Positions 37,890 through 48,378 of a stretch of 64,000 bases of DNA are shown here, piece after piece (the stretch's first letter is position 1; the number at the start of each line of letters is the position of its first letter). Position numbers and translations under genes: made by a program. Origin of the DNA: Candidatus Sumerlaeaceae bacterium (lineage in GTDB: Bacteria; Sumerlaeota; Sumerlaeia; Sumerlaeales; Sumerlaeaceae); contig JBPCLP010000044.1 of NCBI GenBank assembly GCA_051003195.1, forward strand, positions 35,502-99,501. The letters are read 5' to 3'. The notes under the pieces are model-generated. The model searched no databases and had not been told where the DNA came from. It saw only the letters and a program-made list of their open reading frames with translations.

Positions 37890-38627
37890 ATGCGTCTGAT
37901 TTCTCCATTATCCCGTGGGATTACTGCTCTACTGGCGGTGAGCGTTATAACAGCTGCCGCATCAGCGGCACCACGTGCGCAGCAGCGTGTGACTGCCGAT
38001 GCAAACTGTCAGTCTGCCGTGGTGCTCGATTTTTCCGTGGCACCGCGGGCTGTGCCAAAGCGAGACTGCTGCACCAGGCGGATTGGCTATACCGAGAAGG
38101 AACTCGTAACAGAAAAAGATTACCGTGGGTGGTGGCTGGGCCACCAGGACATCTTTCTCAATTCGAATGTCGGGAGAATGGCCGCCGACATTTTTTCCGA
38201 CTATCTGCGCGACAACGGAATGTACGCCATCACTTCGCGTGAAGACCTGAAATATTACTATGCCGATAAGCGGGAGCTAATTGGGACGAAGCTGAATCTC
38301 AAAGGGGACGCGCTGGAGAAGGCACTTTTACAACTCGATCCCGTCCAGATTGGCAAGGAAATGGGTGTGGACAAGGTTGTCGTGGGACACATCTGCGACT
38401 CGGAACTCCGCAAGCCCCTGGTACCCGGTAGTTTTGCCAGTGCCGTATCCATGAACGTGGCCATATTCGATGTGGCCACGGGCACACTGGAGTTCGATAA
38501 GTGCTATATGGACATCGACAACCACACGACGCAATTCTTCCACTACGAAAGGCTGGCGGAAGAATTTGGCGCCGACCTGCAAAAGCTCCGACGTGGAAGT
38601 CTCCGGGCTCCGTGGTTTCGCCGTTAG
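37890..38627 (+). CDS. Hypothetical secreted protein (CsgG/LpoB-like alpha/beta fold suspected)
   Basis: Signal peptide; VVLDF, IGKEMGVDKVVVG and FDVATG patterns. Confidence 0.6.
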   Translation: MRLISPLSRGITALLAVSVITAAASAAPRAQQRVTADANCQSAVVLDFSVAPRAVPKRDCCTRRIGYTEKELVTEKDYRGWWLGHQDIFLNSNVGRMAADIFSDYLRDNGMYAITSREDLKYYYADKRELIGTKLNLKGDALEKALLQLDPVQIGKEMGVDKVVVGHICDSELRKPLVPGSFASAVSMNVAIFDVATGTLEFDKCYMDIDNHTTQFFHYERLAEEFGADLQKLRRGSLRAPWFRR

Positions 38628-38957
38628 AACGTCGTGCTGAAGTGGGGTAGATAGTCACACCCGGAGGAACCATGGGCCTGTGCCGGTACGGCCAGCCCGA
38701 GCCCGAGTAGCACCGCCACCCTCAGCAGCATAACGGCTGAAGTAGCAGCGCGGTCTCGCCACGATTTTCGAAAACGATAGCCTGTGCCACCGCACAATTT
38801 ACGGCCATACCTGGTGGAAAGCAGCTGATAGCTGCCCGAGCTGCTACGGCCGGAAGTCCGACCTGTCCCACATGAGCCGAGAAACCCCGGCGTGGCGGAA
38901 CGCGAATGATCTAACTGCATGAAACCTGGCATTTTCCTGCTCCGGTTTCACCATTCG

Positions 38958-38993
38958 TGCGCCTGCGTCGTGTCTAATCACGACGCAGCCGCA
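38958..38993. other. Strong intergenic hairpin
   Basis: CTGCGTCGTG-TCTAAT-CACGACGCAG (38963-38988), extendable by TGCG/CGCA after one mismatch; no U-tract. Confidence 0.6.
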
Positions 38994-39205
38994 TGAAGGG
39001 TGATAGTTGTAAACACAGGTACGCTAGCATTGGCCAATATGATAATGCCAGAAGAATTTTGGGGCAATTGCAGTTGCCTTAAATGCAGGGTCCTGCCGGG
39101 ATTCCGACGCAACCCTTAGATATTGCGATGTCCGGCTCAGGTACAAAAGTTCAACCGATGATGGGATGCAGCCACATAAGCGCAATACAGGAGCTTTTGG
39201 CCTAG

Positions 39206-41107
39206 ATGTGCGGCATTGTCGGTATTCTGCAACTGGATGGCTCCGTGCCCGACCCGGTCGTCCTTGATCGTATGGTGGGTGCTATTGAGCACCGCGGACC
39301 GGACGACAGGGGAATCTTTCTGGACGGTTCACTGGCGCTTGGCTTCAGACGCCTGTCGATTATTGACGTCGCCTGCGGGCATCAACCCCTGACGACGGCC
39401 GAGGGCCAGCATACCATTGTGTTCAATGGTGAGATATACAATTACGCAGATATCCGCAAGGTCCTGGAGCAGGAGCACGGGCGCAGCTTCACCACGCATT
39501 CAGATACGGAGGTGATTGCGAACGCCGTGGCAGTCTGGGGCGAAGGTGCTTTGCCACGACTAAATGGCATGTTCGCTTTTGCAGTGTGGGATCGCAACGC
39601 GCAGAGATTGCTCCTCGCCCGTGATCGACTGGGCAAAAAGCCGCTGCACTTCGTGAAGACACGGGATGCGTTCGTCTTCTCATCCGAGATCAAGTCGCTG
39701 ATGCAACACCCCGATGTGAAGGCGCTGGTCAATTCGAAGAACCTGCCGACCTTTCTCACTTACCGTTATGTACCCGGGAATGAAACGCTTTTCCAAGGTG
39801 TGGAAGTTCTTCAGCCCGCTTGCGTCATGTCCGTTTCGCCTGTCGAAATGACGAACCCGCGGCGTTGGTGGGACTATGAGTTTCCCGGGGAGTCTGCCCG
39901 GCAATCCGTGGACGCGAACGGTGTGCGCGAAGAGCTGCGCAACTTGCTTACCGATGCGGTTCGCCTTCGCATGATATCGGAGGTGCCGCTCGGTGCGTTT
40001 CTCTCAGGTGGAATTGATTCTTCGCTGATTGTTGCCCTGATGTCGCAGTTGCATCCGGCACCGGTGAAGACATTTTCAATCGGTTTCGACAGCGGGTTCA
40101 ATGAAGCAGAAAATGCGCGGGCTGTGGCCGAGCGGTTCAATACAGACCATCATGAGATCATCGTTGGCTCCGACGATCTGATTCGGGCGATTCCTGCGGC
40201 ATTATATGCACGCGAGAGCCCGATCAGCGAACCGTCGGACATTCCTATTTACCTGCTTTCCAAACTCGCACGGAGCAAAGTGACGGTTGTTCTTTCGGGC
40301 GAAGGCAGTGACGAGATATTTGCCGGCTATCCGAAGTACGTTTTCGAGCACCGCTACGGCAGGCTGCTGCGCGCGTTGCCCTCCAAGGCGCTGCGGCAGT
40401 TAGGCCGGCAGTTGCCCTCGCGTTTGCGAGGCCCTCAACTGGCGCTCGACTGTATTTCCCAACAGAACAAATTCGAGAGCTACGCCTGTTGGTTTGGCGC
40501 GTTCAACCGGGAGCAACTTTGCGAGTTGTTCATCGAAAAGGCGCCTGGATCTTTGGCAACTGAGGAACATGGTTTCAGTAGCCGCGTTCTGGTGGGCCGG
40601 GAAATGGATTCGCGTATTAATGAAATGATGTACCTGGATACGCGACACTGGTTACCGGCAAACCTGCTGCTGCGCGGCGATCGCATGACCATGGCCAATT
40701 CGCTGGAGCTGCGATGCCCGTTCCTGGACTACCGTCTTGTGGAATTCGCGGCCGGCCGTATTCCTCTGTCGCTGAAAATACGCGGGGGTTCAGGCAAATG
40801 GATCCTGAAGCAGCTTGCGCAGCAGTTGCTTCCACCGGAAATAATCCACCGACCCAAATGGGGATTCAAAGTACCTGTTGCCGAATGGTTTCGTGGGCCA
40901 CTGCGCCGGGTGCTGGAAGAGACGCTGTTGAGTCAGACGTGCCTGGGGCGCGGCTATTTTGCGGAGCCAGTGTTGCGACGCCTCATTGACGAGCATACCT
41001 CTGGACGCGCAAACCATGACAAGAAACTTTGGATCCTGTTCCAGCTCGAGCTGTGGCAGCGTATGTTCATCGACGGTACGTTGTCGCCGACAGACGCACT
41101 AATTTAG
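39206..41107 (+). CDS. asnB: Asparagine synthase (glutamine-hydrolysing) family amidotransferase
   Basis: MCGIVG, HRGPD, RRLSIID, FNGEIYN, ARDRLGKKPL, FLSGGIDSS, SGEGSDE, RCPFLD; CAGGAG upstream. Confidence 0.92.
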   Translation: MCGIVGILQLDGSVPDPVVLDRMVGAIEHRGPDDRGIFLDGSLALGFRRLSIIDVACGHQPLTTAEGQHTIVFNGEIYNYADIRKVLEQEHGRSFTTHSDTEVIANAVAVWGEGALPRLNGMFAFAVWDRNAQRLLLARDRLGKKPLHFVKTRDAFVFSSEIKSLMQHPDVKALVNSKNLPTFLTYRYVPGNETLFQGVEVLQPACVMSVSPVEMTNPRRWWDYEFPGESARQSVDANGVREELRNLLTDAVRLRMISEVPLGAFLSGGIDSSLIVALMSQLHPAPVKTFSIGFDSGFNEAENARAVAERFNTDHHEIIVGSDDLIRAIPAALYARESPISEPSDIPIYLLSKLARSKVTVVLSGEGSDEIFAGYPKYVFEHRYGRLLRALPSKALRQLGRQLPSRLRGPQLALDCISQQNKFESYACWFGAFNREQLCELFIEKAPGSLATEEHGFSSRVLVGREMDSRINEMMYLDTRHWLPANLLLRGDRMTMANSLELRCPFLDYRLVEFAAGRIPLSLKIRGGSGKWILKQLAQQLLPPEIIHRPKWGFKVPVAEWFRGPLRRVLEETLLSQTCLGRGYFAEPVLRRLIDEHTSGRANHDKKLWILFQLELWQRMFIDGTLSPTDALI

Positions 41108-41166
41108 ACGCGGAATTTTGTATTCGCGATCCTGTGTATGCGCTAACCTGAAATGAGAGGCCGGCC

Positions 41167-41832
41167 GTGGCAAAGAAGGCATTAATTGTGTGGGGCGGAT
41201 GGGAAGGACATCAACCACGACAGGTTGCTGAGATTTTTCAACGGGTGTTGTTGTCACATTCTTTCGAGGTGGAACTCTCGAATACGCTGGACTCGTTCAG
41301 GGACCTCGCAGCCCTGCAGGCGCTGCAGCTAATTGTGCCGGTCTACACAATGGCGACGATCGAGAAGGAGCATCTGGAGCCGCTTCTCGCCGCAGTGAAA
41401 GGCGGGGTGGGTATTGGCGGATGCCACGGAGGGATGTGCGATGCTTTTCGGCTTGAGACAGAGTACCAGTTTATGACGGGCGGGCAGTGGGTTGCACACC
41501 CGGGTAACGATGGAACCACATATCGCGTTAACATTATCGATAAGGATCATTACATCACCCGGGATATTGCCGACTTTGATGTGTGCTCCGAACAGTATTA
41601 TATGCACGTGGATCCGGCGGTCAAAGTCCTCGCGTCGACGCGGTTTCCAATAGCCGACGGACCGCATGTGGGCAATGGTCCAGTAGACATGCCAGTCACA
41701 TGGACGAAGCTTTATGGCAAGGGGCGGGTGTTTTATTGTTCGCTGGGTCACCAGGCAAGTATTGTCGAGATGCCTCCCGTTATGGAGATGTGTACGCGAG
41801 GGCTTTTGTGGGCTTCCGGGGTGGGGTCGTAA
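41167..41832 (+). CDS. ThuA (trehalose utilisation) domain protein
   Basis: WGGWEGHQP, GGQWVAHPG, SEQYYMHVDP, GRVFYCSLGH. Confidence 0.88.
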   Translation: MAKKALIVWGGWEGHQPRQVAEIFQRVLLSHSFEVELSNTLDSFRDLAALQALQLIVPVYTMATIEKEHLEPLLAAVKGGVGIGGCHGGMCDAFRLETEYQFMTGGQWVAHPGNDGTTYRVNIIDKDHYITRDIADFDVCSEQYYMHVDPAVKVLASTRFPIADGPHVGNGPVDMPVTWTKLYGKGRVFYCSLGHQASIVEMPPVMEMCTRGLLWASGVGS

Positions 41833-41904
41833 ATATCTAATCCAAGTCGCTTCTGGCGCGAAAACGAGTTGATTTGCGCTGCTTGTTCGTGTCGATTGTG
41901 CGTG

Positions 41905-44900
41905 ATGGCCTTTGTCTATTGTCAAAAGCGTGTGCGCTTGCGGGTCCGAGGCATGGGAGGACTTTTGTTCGCATTGCTGTGCACTGGTGTGGCCGCTGGC
42001 GCAGCGGGGAACACCGATGGCAAGGCCGCTGAGACCCTATCGCCTGCTCAATCCTACGCTGCACCACTAGATGAACGAATGCTGCATGGCGTGATTGTAG
42101 GCGAGACGCCGCTGAACAGTTACTCTGGGCGGGACCTGCTTCTAGGGGATGGTTCGAACACTCTTCATCTTCGTTTGCCAGAAGAAGTCCTCAGGAATCT
42201 GAGCTTTGCGGCGGGGCTCAAACCAGGAGTTTCCCTGAGCGCAATAGCCGAGTCTCATATTAACGCGAACGGTGACCAATGGTATGAAGTTGCCAGCCCA
42301 GCGGACATTAAGTTAAAGCTTATACCTCTAGCGGCAGCGATCCGAGTACATGAGGCGTCGCTGCACACGACAAAGCCGGAGAAACGTTGGGAGCGGGTAG
42401 TGGCTGCCGTTGCGACGGCTCTGGCCGCCGGAGTGGGAAGCTGGCTGATCTATTACCGTCGTCGTGCAAATCGCGCGCTACGCGTCAGCTTATCCCAACG
42501 CCACCGTGCAGAGGAAGCCCTGAGGCATGGCCATGCGCGCCTGCAGCATTTGCTGAGTGCAAACTCGGGCGTGATCTACAGCCTTGTTCCTGATACAAAT
42601 GACATGGAGCGGTTTACATTTATCAGTGAGAATGTAGAGCAATTGCTTGGCTATGCGCCTGAAGAATGCGTGCACATGCCGGGGTGGTGGCGTGACCAGG
42701 TTCATCCTGATGAGCTAAGAATTATTGAAACGGGCATGCGAACGGTTCTGCGCACGGGGACATTGGACCGCGAGTTCCGAATGCTGAAGAAGGACGGCTC
42801 GTACACGTGGATCCATGACCGTCAGCGCCTGCAGCGGGATGCCAATGGCGCGCCGCATGAAGTGGTGGGAACGTGGATGGATATCTCGGATCGGAAATCT
42901 TCCGAGAAGATTAAGGAGGTATTTGCATCGTTAGGCGCGCGGCTCGGCGCGGTGTCGACACCCAAAGAAGCAGCTGCATTTATCATACGTGCGGCGGACG
43001 CTATCTTCGGCTGGGATTCCGCTTTCGTGGGACTGTACCACGAGGAATCCAGGCAACTGCGCGACATCATAAACTTCGATACGATTGACGGGCGCAAACA
43101 GGAGGTTGCGACCACGCGAACTCCGCTTAGGCCTCTCACGCAAAAAGTACTGAACGGCGAACCGCAGATCATTCTGCGGCAACAGGGGGTTCCAGAAAGC
43201 GAATCTGAGCTGACGCGTTTCGGTCAGGATGACCGCCGGTCCGAATCGCTGCTGTTTGCCCCAATCACACATAAGAAAACCGTAATCGGTATGCTCTCGA
43301 TCCAGAGCTACAGCTCACGGGCATATAATGAACGCGACCTCCAGGTTTTACAGATCCTGGCGAACTACTGCAGCGCGGCGCTGATGAGGACATTTGCGGA
43401 GGAGGATCGGAAGGCGGTGGAAGAAGCCCTGCGCGAAAGCGAGCAAAGGTACGCGCTCGCACTACGGGGCGCGAACGATGGGCTTTGGGACTGGGATTTC
43501 CGCGCGAATTCCATCTACTATTCGCCGCGCTGGAAAAGCATGCTTGGCTACACGGAGCATGAACTTACTGACAGCACCGATGAGTGGAAGAGCCGTATTC
43601 ATGCAGAAGATATTGTGCGTGTGCGGGCGGAACTGGCCAGGCATCTGCAGGGCGGAACACCGCAACTTGAGATCGAGTATCGGATGCAGCACAAGGACAG
43701 CAGCTATCGATGGATGCTGTTCCGGGGGGTCGCAGTGCGCGATGCGGATGGGAATCCATTGCGCATGGCTGGATCCATGACCGACATTACACAGCGCCGT
43801 AAAGCGGAACAGCAATTACTTCAGGGCGCCTATTACGACGCCCTGACTTCGCTTCCAAACCGGCTGCTTTTTCTTGAACAGCTCCGGCGCGCCCTTGGGC
43901 GGGCAGAGCGCCGGGAAGACTTTTTGTTCTCCGTTCTTTTCCTGGACCTCGATCGCTTTAAGATTATCAATGATAGCCTTGGCCACCTGGTAGGCGATAA
44001 GCTGCTGGTGCATATTGCGGAGCGCCTGCGGATCTGCATTCGTCCTGAGGACATGGTCGCGCGCCTGGGTGGCGACGAATTTACGGTGCTGCTGGAGGAC
44101 ATTGAAGAGCCGGCCCAGGCAACCCGCGTAGCGGAGCGAATCCAGGAAGAAATTTCGAAGCCATTTCAACTCGAAGGTCATGATGTCTGGACGACGGCGA
44201 GCATCGGTATCGCATTCAGCAGCACGGGTTACAGCAGGCCGGAAGATATTCTAAGGGACGCGGATGCTGCCATGTACCGCGCCAAAGCGAAGGGCAAAGC
44301 GCGTCACGAACTTTTCGACCATGAGATGCATTCGCGCGCGCTGAAACTTCTGCAGACCGAAGCGGAATTGCGGCGGGCGATTGAACGAAGTGAGCTTTGC
44401 GTTCACTACCAGCCACTGTTTGATCTTACGACAAAGCGCATTACTGGATTTGAAGCGCTGGTGCGATGGAACCATCCCGAACGGGGACTTGTCATGCCGG
44501 CAGAATTCGTGCCGATCGCAGAGGAAACCGGACTCATCTCGCAGATCGGCTCCTGGGTACTGACGACTGCCTGCTGGCAGCTCGCCAGTTGGCGTAAATT
44601 ACTACCTGCAGACCAGGAACTTACCATCAGCATCAATGTGAGCCGGAAGCAGTTCTCGCAGCCGGACCTCCTGGCGCGCCTCCACCAGATCCTGCAGCAA
44701 ACCGGCAGCAAGCCGGAATGGCTTGCCCTCGAGATCACTGAGAGCGTCCTGATGGAACATACCGATGGGTTGATCCGGTTACTGACCGAGCTTAAAGGTC
44801 TGGGAGTCCAACTGCACGTAGACGACTTCGGCACCGGTTACTCATCTCTGGCATATTTACATCGGTTCCCGATCGACAAGTTGAAGATAGACCGGTCATT

Positions 44901-45189
44901 CGTGAGCCACATGGAGTCCGCCGGCCGGAATGCCGAAATCGTGCGCGCAATCGTGACCCTTGCCCACGGCCTTGGCATGGGCACTATTGCGGAGGGTATC
45001 GAAACGGAAGAGCAGGCGAAGTTCTTATGCAGCCTGAAATGCCAGCTTGGCCAGGGTTACCTGCTTGGCCGTCCCGTGCCGACACAGGAAGCGACTGCCA
45101 TGCTGCTTAACGCGGTCGGAGCAGAGAACGAGGCAGATCTGCTGGCGGCTTCCCAAGCTCCACCGTCTAGTCCATCTCATACGGATTGA
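41905..45189 (+). CDS. Membrane-anchored PAS-GAF-PAS-GGDEF-EAL diguanylate cyclase/phosphodiesterase
   Basis: Signal, periplasmic domain and TM; PAS (VHPDE; GLWDWD...IHAED), GAF, RPED-x5-GGDEF, FEALVRW, DDFGTGYSS; start uncertain. Confidence 0.92.
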   Translation: MAFVYCQKRVRLRVRGMGGLLFALLCTGVAAGAAGNTDGKAAETLSPAQSYAAPLDERMLHGVIVGETPLNSYSGRDLLLGDGSNTLHLRLPEEVLRNLSFAAGLKPGVSLSAIAESHINANGDQWYEVASPADIKLKLIPLAAAIRVHEASLHTTKPEKRWERVVAAVATALAAGVGSWLIYYRRRANRALRVSLSQRHRAEEALRHGHARLQHLLSANSGVIYSLVPDTNDMERFTFISENVEQLLGYAPEECVHMPGWWRDQVHPDELRIIETGMRTVLRTGTLDREFRMLKKDGSYTWIHDRQRLQRDANGAPHEVVGTWMDISDRKSSEKIKEVFASLGARLGAVSTPKEAAAFIIRAADAIFGWDSAFVGLYHEESRQLRDIINFDTIDGRKQEVATTRTPLRPLTQKVLNGEPQIILRQQGVPESESELTRFGQDDRRSESLLFAPITHKKTVIGMLSIQSYSSRAYNERDLQVLQILANYCSAALMRTFAEEDRKAVEEALRESEQRYALALRGANDGLWDWDFRANSIYYSPRWKSMLGYTEHELTDSTDEWKSRIHAEDIVRVRAELARHLQGGTPQLEIEYRMQHKDSSYRWMLFRGVAVRDADGNPLRMAGSMTDITQRRKAEQQLLQGAYYDALTSLPNRLLFLEQLRRALGRAERREDFLFSVLFLDLDRFKIINDSLGHLVGDKLLVHIAERLRICIRPEDMVARLGGDEFTVLLEDIEEPAQATRVAERIQEEISKPFQLEGHDVWTTASIGIAFSSTGYSRPEDILRDADAAMYRAKAKGKARHELFDHEMHSRALKLLQTEAELRRAIERSELCVHYQPLFDLTTKRITGFEALVRWNHPERGLVMPAEFVPIAEETGLISQIGSWVLTTACWQLASWRKLLPADQELTISINVSRKQFSQPDLLARLHQILQQTGSKPEWLALEITESVLMEHTDGLIRLLTELKGLGVQLHVDDFGTGYSSLAYLHRFPIDKLKIDRSFVSHMESAGRNAEIVRAIVTLAHGLGMGTIAEGIETEEQAKFLCSLKCQLGQGYLLGRPVPTQEATAMLLNAVGAENEADLLAASQAPPSSPSHTD

Positions 45190-45469
45190 TGCGCTCGATT
45201 GGTTCACCGCTCTCTTCGACCTTTTTGACGGTGTCTTTAAACAGGGCATCCAACTTGGCCATTTTATCTCCGCGCTCGGACTTGAACTTCTGAAACTTCT
45301 CCTCGGCGACAGAACCGCGCTCCCGCACTTTTTTCAATGCGTCCTGGTACCTGTCTCCCGTGGATTGCTCCAGTATTGGCCTTCGTTCGTCGAGTAGCTT
45401 GCCTGTTCTGCGATCAATGATCAGGATGGTATTACAGCATGGGCACTTTACCTCATGGGTGTCTTGCAT
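45167..45469 (-). CDS. Small hypothetical protein with N-terminal CPCC motif
   Basis: GAGGTGG SD before ATG 45469; EVKCPCCNTILIID followed by a charged helix. Confidence 0.75.
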   Translation of the reverse strand: MQDTHEVKCPCCNTILIIDRRTGKLLDERRPILEQSTGDRYQDALKKVRERGSVAEEKFQKFKSERGDKMAKLDALFKDTVKKVEESGEPIERINPYEMD

Positions 45470-45598
45470 CTGTCCACCTCTTGCATCGTTTTGTGAAGAG
45501 CGACGGGTTTTGAAGCGCAACTCAAGCATTTGTCCTTAAACAGAGCATGAATTTTGTCACTTGCTGAGCTCTCCCGTCCCACGCATTGTACTGCTGTT

Positions 45599-46876
45599 AT
45601 GCAGAAAACCGGTGGTTTCGAAGACAAGTTCGTATCTAAGCTCTCCAAAATTGATCGCCAGGAAATCGAGGCGTTCCTCGGCAATCTCGTGCGGGAGAAG
45701 AACTTTCTGCAGGTTGTGTTCAATGCAATGCTGGATGGAATACTGGTGCTGCGTCCAAGCCTCGAAATCCTATATGCGAACGAAGCCGCGCTCACGATGC
45801 TGTCGATCAGTCCGAAGCGCCGCATCGTAGGTGAACGAATTTCTTCCCTGGTGGGCTTACAGGAATTCTCCGAGCTGATCGCAAGGTTTGCACTGCATAG
45901 AGAGCGGATACTTGGTGCGGAAATTGAAGTTGGCGAATCTGCTCTACGTGTACTTTCAGTGAGCATCATTCCGCTTGAAGGCGGGGGCGCTCACCAATCT
46001 GGCAGTGCGGTTGTTATCCTGCACGATCTAACTGAGTCCCACCTGGCGGCAGAAGAGAAACGAAAGGCTGATCGCGCGCTGACGCTGGCAAACTTAACGG
46101 CCGGACTGGCTCACGAGATTAAGAATCCACTAAACTCGCTTCAGATTCATGCGCAGCTACTGCAAAAAGCACTCAATGATCCGAGGGCACGAAAAGCGGA
46201 CAAGAGTCGTATGCTACAGAGCAGCGAGATTATCGTGGAGGAGATCAAACGCCTCTCACGCGTAGTGGACGATTTTCTGCGGGCGGTGCGGCCAACTCGG
46301 CCCATGGTCTCCAAAACGGATTTTAACCGACTTGTAGAACGTACCGTCGCCACGATGCAGCCGGATGCCGAGGCAAGAGGCGTACGCTTCCAACTTCGGC
46401 TGGACCATGACATCCCCTTAGTGGAGGTCGATCCCAACCAGATGACGCAGGCTCTCATTAACCTGCTGAAGAATGCCCTGGAAGCACTGACGGCGGATGC
46501 CACCACCGAGGGAGCCGCGGGCACTGCATGCATCCGGCCGCAGGAACGAACCGATTGCCGGGTGGATGTACGCACGGAGATTCGAGGATCGGATTACCTG
46601 CTGCGCGTTGCGGACAATGGTCCGGGAATTCCTGAAGAAGACCTGCGACGCATTTTCGAGCCGTATTTTACGACGAAGTTCAGCGGTACCGGATTGGGCC
46701 TGGCGATTGTCTCGCGTATTGTTGAGGAACATCACGGCCACATGAATATCGTCAGTCAGCCGGGTCAGGGTACTGTGGTGACTCTAAGTTTCCCACTTGA
46801 ACAGAAGCCGGTACGCTACCTGCCAAAGGAGAGCTCCGATGAGCCGGCGAACGTCATGGTATCGCACAAATTCTAA
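45599..46876 (+). CDS. Cytoplasmic PAS sensor histidine kinase (NtrB-like)
   Basis: [35 protein letters not shown]. Confidence 0.92.
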   Translation: MQKTGGFEDKFVSKLSKIDRQEIEAFLGNLVREKNFLQVVFNAMLDGILVLRPSLEILYANEAALTMLSISPKRRIVGERISSLVGLQEFSELIARFALHRERILGAEIEVGESALRVLSVSIIPLEGGGAHQSGSAVVILHDLTESHLAAEEKRKADRALTLANLTAGLAHEIKNPLNSLQIHAQLLQKALNDPRARKADKSRMLQSSEIIVEEIKRLSRVVDDFLRAVRPTRPMVSKTDFNRLVERTVATMQPDAEARGVRFQLRLDHDIPLVEVDPNQMTQALINLLKNALEALTADATTEGAAGTACIRPQERTDCRVDVRTEIRGSDYLLRVADNGPGIPEEDLRRIFEPYFTTKFSGTGLGLAIVSRIVEEHHGHMNIVSQPGQGTVVTLSFPLEQKPVRYLPKESSDEPANVMVSHKF

Positions 46877-46929
46877 GACGCTCGCCGCCTGCAACGGCCA
46901 CACTCATACATGATCAGGAGGGACTGCGG

Positions 46930-48378
46930 GTGCAACCCCGCGGTCGATGGCTCTGCCATCCGGCATTTCTGTTCGTGCTCAGTCTCTTGCTTACCATTGT
47001 GCTCTATGCTCCCACACTGAAGGCTTTCCTGATTTGGGACGATGTTGCAATTCTGCCGATAGTATCAACGCCCGGCATCACAGGCTGGCTTCGCTGCATT
47101 CAGCCAGTCGACAACGGATTCATTCGTCCTGCAACCCTGCTGCTGTTCAAGATCTGCTACTCACTCGCTGGTACCGTGCCTGTTTACTATCATGTGAGCG
47201 CGCTGCTCATCCATGCATTGGTTGCGACGGTGACAGGGCTGCTGGCGATGAGGCTCGTGCCGACGCGCAACTGGATCGGGCTGCTCGCGTGCCTGATGCT
47301 CACCACGCACTTCGGAGCATTTGGGATCGCCAGCCAGCTATCGAACAGTTGTGACAGCATTGCCGCCCTTGGAATTCTGCTGGCCGTGCTGTATTGGGAT
47401 AAGTGGCTGGCCGAAGCAGGACGAGTTTCCTTGTGGCCTGTGTGGGTGGGGTTCGTGATTGCACTCGCAGGCAAAGAGCTTGGTGTCGTCACGCCGGCCG
47501 TATTGTTTCTCTTTACCGTTGGGAGACGAGCGCTGGACCGCCGTTCGGTTCGTGCACTGCTCAGGCTGGGTGTTGCGGCGGGTGCGTACCTGGCGTTGAA
47601 TCTGTGGCTGCAGGTGACGGCAAAGATCAGTTATGTAAATATTGGCGAAATTAAAATCTCGAGCGGAGGCGTACTTCCGCGATTTCTAAACTATGTGGCT
47701 AACAGCTACCTGCCTTTTCTGACCGTGCTGGACTGGCCGCTCCCTCACTTTCACACAACCGGATCAGGACTGCGAATAGTCCGTCGTGCATCGGCTGCTC
47801 TTCTGATCATTTCGATTGTCGCGAGCCTGGTGCGCACGCGATACCGGCTGCCTGCGTGCATGGTGCTTTGCGCGGCCGTGGTACTGCTGCCGGTTGCTCC
47901 TCTGCACTCGTTTCCAATGCCACGCTTCATCTACTCGGCGCTTCCCTTCACGATCCTGGCAATGCTCACGTATTTAGCTCTCGCGCGAGTGCCGATCCGA
48001 AGTGCGGGGATCGTACTTCTGCTGCAGCTATGGCTTGTTTTTATCTGGAGCGTGCGCTGGTCCCCGAACACGCTGCACTTTCTACGCACGTCGAGGGCGT
48101 GGAAGAAGTTCGTTTCGGAGGTTGGCCGTGAGTCGGCTGCGTGGGCACCTGGATCGACTATCACTGTGTATACGAACTTCGATCATCGGGGTCGTAAACA
48201 CATCTCCACGCCTTATGGCCTGGCGCTCTTTCGCGTTTTTTATCCGAACCTCCTCGCCGACTACGTGAGCAATAAGGTGCTGCCCCGCACAACCCATCAG
48301 TATCGGTTTGACGGACATAAGCTAACGCCTGTGACCGACGACGACAAAACGACTGCATCGGGGCAGAATCCGCAATGA
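46930..48378 (+). CDS. Multi-TM membrane protein, GT-C glycosyltransferase-like
   Basis: TM followed by WDD, FIRP, GKELG, PRFIY; about 11 TM segments. Confidence 0.7.
   Translation: MQPRGRWLCHPAFLFVLSLLLTIVLYAPTLKAFLIWDDVAILPIVSTPGITGWLRCIQPVDNGFIRPATLLLFKICYSLAGTVPVYYHVSALLIHALVATVTGLLAMRLVPTRNWIGLLACLMLTTHFGAFGIASQLSNSCDSIAALGILLAVLYWDKWLAEAGRVSLWPVWVGFVIALAGKELGVVTPAVLFLFTVGRRALDRRSVRALLRLGVAAGAYLALNLWLQVTAKISYVNIGEIKISSGGVLPRFLNYVANSYLPFLTVLDWPLPHFHTTGSGLRIVRRASAALLIISIVASLVRTRYRLPACMVLCAAVVLLPVAPLHSFPMPRFIYSALPFTILAMLTYLALARVPIRSAGIVLLLQLWLVFIWSVRWSPNTLHFLRTSRAWKKFVSEVGRESAAWAPGSTITVYTNFDHRGRKHISTPYGLALFRVFYPNLLADYVSNKVLPRTTHQYRFDGHKLTPVTDDDKTTASGQNPQ

Noticed and set aside
38624..41107. 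Lasso peptide cluster (small ORF + AsnB-like cyclase)
   Set aside because: The AsnB keeps a full Cys2 glutaminase domain, there is no B1/B2 peptidase or RRE gene, and the peptide has a Sec-type signal with no Thr at -2.
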